Assembly (NCBI GenBank): GCA_039795225.1
Contig: JBDKEN010000001.1
Location: 21,610 to 85,609, forward strand
DNA from: Bacteroidota bacterium
GTDB taxonomy: Bacteria; Bacteroidota; Ignavibacteria; Kapaibacteriales; Kapaibacteriaceae
Length of the DNA stretch: 64,000 nucleotides
Reading direction: 5' to 3'
The notes under the pieces were generated by a model that was not told the DNA's origin, did not search any database, and saw only the letters and a program-made list of their open reading frames with translations. Each line of letters opens with the position of its first letter. Positions within the stretch are counted from its first letter, which is position 1. The translations under genes were made by a program, and so were the position numbers. Shown piece by piece: positions 59,680 through 64,000 of the stretch.

Positions 59680-62600
59680 TTAGTTGTTGTGAGTGATCTC
59701 AACCCACTTCTGCAGCGATGAGATGTAGACGAACATGATCAGACCGTTTGTATTGAGCGTCCGACTTGCGATGAACAGCTCAAGCTGATTATCAGTAGCT
59801 GAACGGCCATCATTGCTGTAGAACTTGAGCTGCTTACCAGAGCCGTTGAACACAATGAGTAAGCGTCCGTCCGATCCTCCATCAAAGCCCGTCACGTCCG
59901 TCTGCGCCGTTGCATTGATGAATCGAATCAGACCTGCCTCAGGAATGATGAGGTCATTCAGCTCATTCAACACGTTTTGAACTAAGGCGACATCGATAAC
60001 GGTGCCTTCCCGCAGGTACACGCCGGTAGGCAGTTCACCCTTTTTCGTATTTGTCCACTTCTGCGTTGTGTCGTTCCAGGTCAATACGTCCTGATTCGCC
60101 AGCGTCATTGTCGAATCAATAGGCTTTGTCTGAATCTTCTGAACGACAGGGTTCGGATATGTTCCTTTAAGGTCTCCTCCGGCGGAACCGGTTGGAGAAC
60201 TTGATGACGGGGCTACCGGCTCCCATGAGCTGGTTGTGCTACTCCAGGTCAGCACATTACCCGAAGCAGGCGCAGCTGTCGACACTGTGCGTCCTTGGAT
60301 CTTATTGACAGTCGGATTTGGATACGTGCCCGAAAGATCACCTCCAGCCGATCCACCTGGGGTCGTCCCCGATATCGTAACGTTCGATACATTCGTCAGA
60401 CGTCCATCAGAATCCACCGTGAGCTGAGGAACTTGTGTCGTTGTTCCATACGTACCACCGACGACCGATGTTGAAGCAAGCTCTGATGACCCCACGGCGT
60501 CGGCTGTGATCTGCAGGTTCATCGTATTGATGTTGCCACTGACTGTTACGTCTGTTCCGGCAGCAGTTGCCGGCACGATGGTGAGGTTTGTAGCCGAGCT
60601 CAACCGTCCCTTCGCATCGACGGAAAACTGCGGTACTGCGCTCGTGGTACCATACGTGCCGGAACTGACACCGGTTGTTGTGAGGCTCGGATTCGGATAG
60701 GTTCCCGTAAGATCGCCACCGGCTGGGCCTGATGGAGCAGCACCAGAGATCGTGACGTTGCTTGCACTGGTGATACGTCCATCGGCGTCTACAGTAAACT
60801 GTGCAACCTGCGTGGACGTACCGTAGCTACCAGCCGAGACCGACGTTGATTGCAGTTCGGTCGAGCCAACCACATCCGATCCCAGTTGAAGATTCATCGT
60901 GTTGATGTTACCACTGACGGTTACATCGGTTCCCGCTGCTGTAGCTGGAACAATGGTGACATTTGTTGCACTCGTGAGTCGCCCCTTGGCGTCAACAGAA
61001 ACCTGTGCAACCTGGTGATCACTTCCATACGTAGCAGCCGTCACTCCCGTCAACGTGAGAGTTGGATTTGGATACGTACCGGTAAGATCACCACCGGCAG
61101 CGCCCCCAGGGATCGTGCCAGAGATCGTCACGTTACTGACATTCGTGAGGCGACCATCCGCATCGACTGTGAGCTGCGGGACTTGCGTGGTGGAACCGTA
61201 CATGCCACTCACGACTGCTGTTGATGCCAATTCTGCCGAGCCGACGACATCGGTGCCCAACTGCAAGTTCATACTGTTGATGTTCCCGCTTACGGAGACA
61301 TCGGTTCCAGCGGCAGTAACCGGCACGATGGTGACATTCGTCGCTGAGCTTACCCGTCCCTTCGCATCGACGGATATCTGCGGCACAACGCTCGTTGTTC
61401 CATACGTGCCGGCACTGACGCCGGTCGTGGTCAGACTCGGGTTGGGATAGGTTCCCGTGAGATCTCCCCCTGCGGGACCGGAGGGGGCAATACCAGAAAT
61501 GCTGACGTTGCTCGCATTGGTGATACGACCATCGGTATCAACCGTAAACTGTGCTACCTGTGTAGCCGTACCGTAGGTGCCAGCAGATACTGTCGTCGAG
61601 GCAAGCTCAGGTGCACCGACAACGCTGCTGCCTAATTGCAGATTCATTGTGTTGACATTCCCTGTGACGGTAACATCGGTTCCCGCTGCCGTCGAGGGAA
61701 CGATCGTGACGTTGGTTGCATTTGTTAAACGGCCCTTCGCATCAACAGTGATCTGCGCAACCTGGTGATCGCTACCGTACGTTGCCGCTGCAACGCCTGT
61801 TGTCGTCAACGTCGGATTTGGATATGTGCCGGTGAGATCACCACCCGCTGCGCCGCCCGGTGTTGTGCCAGAGATCGTCACGTTCGTGACGTTAGTCAAC
61901 CGACCATCAGCATCGACGCTCAGCTGTGCGACCTGCGTTGTGGTACCATAGGTACCGCTGGTAACAGCCGTAGGTGCCAGCTCTGTTGGACCGACAACAT
62001 CGGCACCAAGCTGCAGGTTCATCGTATTGATATTACCGGATACCGTAACATCTGTGCCAGCAGCCGTCGTGGGCACAATTGTCAAATTGCTCGCTGCGGT
62101 AAGACGCCCCTTAGCGTCGACGGTAAACTGCGGTACTGCGCTTGTTGAACCGTACGATCCGGCACTCACTCCTGTTGTAATCAATGTTGGATTTGGATAC
62201 GTGCCGGTGAGATCACCGCCTGCTGCGCCACCCGGAGTCGTACCGGTGATCGTCACATTCGTAACGTTCGTGAGTCGACCATCAGCATCGACCGTAAGCT
62301 GGGGAATTTGGGTGGCTGATCCATACGTGCCGAGGGTAACGCCGGATGATGATAGTTCGGATGCACCGACCGTGTTCGCACCAATCTGTAGATTCATGGT
62401 GTTGATGTTCCCGGTCACACTAACATCCGAAGAGCCACTCGTTGCCGGTACAATTGTCAGATTTGATGCCGCAAGAACGCGTCCCTTAGCATCAACGGTA
62501 AACTGCGGTACTGCCGAGGTTGTACCGTATTGATCTGCGACAACCCCTGTTGCAATGAGTGATGGACTTGGGTAGGTGCCCGTAAGATCACCACCGGCAG

Positions 62601-64000
62601 CTCCTCCCGGAGTTGTACCCGATATCGTCACATTCTGTGCTGAAGTTAGACGTCCATCAGCATCGACGGTGAACTGCCCTACCTGCGTGGCTGTACCATA
62701 GGTTCCCGAGCTTACCGCAGTCGGCGCGAGCTCTGTAGGACCGACCACTGCTGTGGCGAGCTGAATGTTCATTGTATTGATGTTTCCCGTCACGGTAGCG
62801 TCTGAGCCTGCAGCTGTGACAGGCACGATTGTCACATTGGTGGCATTGGAGAGTCGACCCTTTGCATCAACAGTAAACTGTCCAACCTGACTATTGCTGC
62901 CATATGTGCCCGATGCAATGCCCGTTGTCGTGAGCGTCGGATTTGGATACGTTCCAGTGAGGTCACCCCCGGCCGACCCTCCCGGCGTGGTGCCGGCTAT
63001 GGTAATGTTCTGTGCTGTGGTGATGCGTCCGTCCTGATCAATCGTGATCTGCGGGACCTGCGTCGTCGTGCCGTAGGTGGCTGCTGATACACCGGTCGAG
63101 GCAAGCTCCTGCGAGCCCACGACATTGGGTCCGATCTGCAGATTCATCGTATTGATCGTGCCGGAAATCGTCACATCAGATGTTAACGAGCTTACGGGTT
63201 GGATCATGACATCGGCTGCCGACAACACCCGCCCCTTCGCATCAATCGTCACCTGTGCAACATGACTCGATGAACCATAGGTGCCGGACATCACGCCGGT
63301 GGTGGTGAGCGACGGATTCGGATAGGTACCAGTAAGATCTCCACCAGCTGCACCTCCGGGAGTAGTTCCTGTAATAGTTGTTGATGTAAGTGCGGTAACT
63401 CGACCATCGTTGTCGATAGTCACGATCGGTACAATCGAGGATGATCCAACGGGGCCAATCGAAGTGGCATGAAGATCAGCCAACTCTGTCGAGCCGACGC
63501 GGCCAGTCTTGATCTGTAGATCCATTGAGTCGAGGTGGCCGGTTACAGTTACGTCAGAAGCGGTAACTGTGCCCGGATGCTCCAGCTTGGACGCATCGAT
63601 TACCTGCATGGATGATGAATTATTGATCGCATTGATAATCGAGGGTCCTGCTGCTGCGATGTTGATCGTCGGATTTGGATATGTTCCAGTCAGATCTCCA
63701 CCGGCTGGCCCTCCGGGAGTCGTTCCAGAGATTGTCACATTCGCCGCCGCGGTAAGTCGTCCATCGGCATCAACAGTAATCTGCGGTACCTGTGTGGTTG
63801 TTCCGTAGGAACCTGCAGCAACCGACGTTGAGGCGAGCTCGTTGGCACTCACCACTGCGGTTCCGAGCTGGAGATTCATGGTGTTGATGTTTCCGGTAAC
63901 GTTGACGTCCGTGCCGGTGGTCACTCCGGGAACAATTGTCACATTGGTCGCAGATGTGAGACGTCCCTTTGCGTCAACGGTGAACTGGCCGACCTGACTC
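59680..64000 (-). CDS. Giant repeat protein (tail-fibre/adhesin-like), N-terminus beyond right window edge
   Basis: Frame stays open to the window end (SQVGQFTVDAKGRLTSATNVTIVPG...); at least 1420 aa of tandem 125-aa units with GGDLTGTYPNP; distinct C-terminal VTGFDGGSDGRLLIVFNGSGKQLKFYSND domain. Confidence 0.85.
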   Translation of the reverse strand, partial: SQVGQFTVDAKGRLTSATNVTIVPGVTTGTDVNVTGNINTMNLQLGTAVVSANELASTSVAAGSYGTTTQVPQITVDADGRLTAAANVTISGTTPGGPAGGDLTGTYPNPTINIAAAGPSIINAINNSSSMQVIDASKLEHPGTVTASDVTVTGHLDSMDLQIKTGRVGSTELADLHATSIGPVGSSSIVPIVTIDNDGRVTALTSTTITGTTPGGAAGGDLTGTYPNPSLTTTGVMSGTYGSSSHVAQVTIDAKGRVLSAADVMIQPVSSLTSDVTISGTINTMNLQIGPNVVGSQELASTGVSAATYGTTTQVPQITIDQDGRITTAQNITIAGTTPGGSAGGDLTGTYPNPTLTTTGIASGTYGSNSQVGQFTVDAKGRLSNATNVTIVPVTAAGSDATVTGNINTMNIQLATAVVGPTELAPTAVSSGTYGTATQVGQFTVDADGRLTSAQNVTISGTTPGGAAGGDLTGTYPSPSLIATGVVADQYGTTSAVPQFTVDAKGRVLAASNLTIVPATSGSSDVSVTGNINTMNLQIGANTVGASELSSSGVTLGTYGSATQIPQLTVDADGRLTNVTNVTITGTTPGGAAGGDLTGTYPNPTLITTGVSAGSYGSTSAVPQFTVDAKGRLTAASNLTIVPTTAAGTDVTVSGNINTMNLQLGADVVGPTELAPTAVTSGTYGTTTQVAQLSVDADGRLTNVTNVTISGTTPGGAAGGDLTGTYPNPTLTTTGVAAATYGSDHQVAQITVDAKGRLTNATNVTIVPSTAAGTDVTVTGNVNTMNLQLGSSVVGAPELASTTVSAGTYGTATQVAQFTVDTDGRITNASNVSISGIAPSGPAGGDLTGTYPNPSLTTTGVSAGTYGTTSVVPQISVDAKGRVSSATNVTIVPVTAAGTDVSVSGNINSMNLQLGTDVVGSAELASTAVVSGMYGSTTQVPQLTVDADGRLTNVSNVTISGTIPGGAAGGDLTGTYPNPTLTLTGVTAATYGSDHQVAQVSVDAKGRLTSATNVTIVPATAAGTDVTVSGNINTMNLQLGSDVVGSTELQSTSVSAGSYGTSTQVAQFTVDADGRITSASNVTISGAAPSGPAGGDLTGTYPNPSLTTTGVSSGTYGTTSAVPQFSVDAKGRLSSATNLTIVPATAAGTDVTVSGNINTMNLQITADAVGSSELASTSVVGGTYGTTTQVPQLTVDSDGRLTNVSNVTISGTTPGGSAGGDLSGTYPNPTVNKIQGRTVSTAAPASGNVLTWSSTTSSWEPVAPSSSSPTGSAGGDLKGTYPNPVVQKIQTKPIDSTMTLANQDVLTWNDTTQKWTNTKKGELPTGVYLREGTVIDVALVQNVLNELNDLIIPEAGLIRFINATAQTDVTGFDGGSDGRLLIVFNGSGKQLKFYSNDGRSATDNQLELFIASRTLNTNGLIMFVYISSLQKWVEITHNN
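60336..63336 (-). repeat. Eight consecutive exact 375-bp periods (125-aa units) within the giant repeat gene
   Basis: The 'gatcaccacc'-like landmark (GGDL codons) recurs at 60336, 60711, 61086, 61461, 61836, 62211, 62586, 62961, 63336: every interval is 375 bp. Confidence 0.9.

Noticed and set aside
60236-63808. Multiple plus-strand ORFs with repetitive VTSVPAAVVGTIVT peptides opposite the repeat gene
   Set aside because: They repeat with the 375-bp unit and mirror the sense strand; they are antisense shadows, not genes.
59680-64000. Prophage region suggested by the tail-fibre-like GGDLTGTYPNP motifs
   Set aside because: No capsid, terminase, portal, integrase or lysis genes are nearby; neighbours are T9SS cargo and housekeeping genes.
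1-64000. tRNA, rRNA or complete transposase genes
   Set aside because: No cloverleaf-like or rRNA-like sequence or transposase-like ORF was recognised in the intergenic gaps by eye; a tRNAscan-SE/Infernal run would be needed to exclude small RNAs.

Overview
The window looks like a mostly housekeeping chromosomal segment of a Bacteroidota/Chlorobiota-type bacterium. This is inferred from T9SS-type C-terminal sorting tails, a DUF5683 protein and TAnnTTTG-like promoter elements. It carries about 45 dense genes. At the left edge is a truncated type I restriction subunit (HsdR) next to a DUF2130 protein. The rest includes kynA, comF, pepP, a phosphohexomutase, dprA, fni, polyprenyl synthase, murD, an ABC-2 exporter with a LolA-like protein, xth/pyrE, ubiE/menG, a CrtI-like oxidoreductase, a sortilin-like beta-propeller, tandem LOG proteins, an ABCC/MRP-like full ABC transporter, murB, a secreted metalloprotease, fumC, an RND efflux operon, gcvP, hrpB, divIC-like, RidA, OmpA-like, pspA and recR. 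At the right edge is a giant repeat protein. The most unusual signals are: (1) ten purely intergenic, in-phase 7-bp repeat arrays (STRR-like), two pairs of which are inverted around short cores directly upstream of genes; (2) a TAnnTTTG/TAnnTTCG hexamer-like element placed 11-12 nt upstream of the start codon in about ten genes, implying leaderless transcription; (3) a 1006-aa protein, translationally coupled to the phosphohexomutase, that resembles a type IIG/PglX-like DNA methylase but has a degenerate catalytic motif; (4) a repeat protein with an exact 375-bp (125-aa) period; (5) a bacterial single-chain ABCC-type transporter with an asymmetric Walker B (D in NBD1, E in NBD2). All calls are from reading the sequence only; no database search was run.
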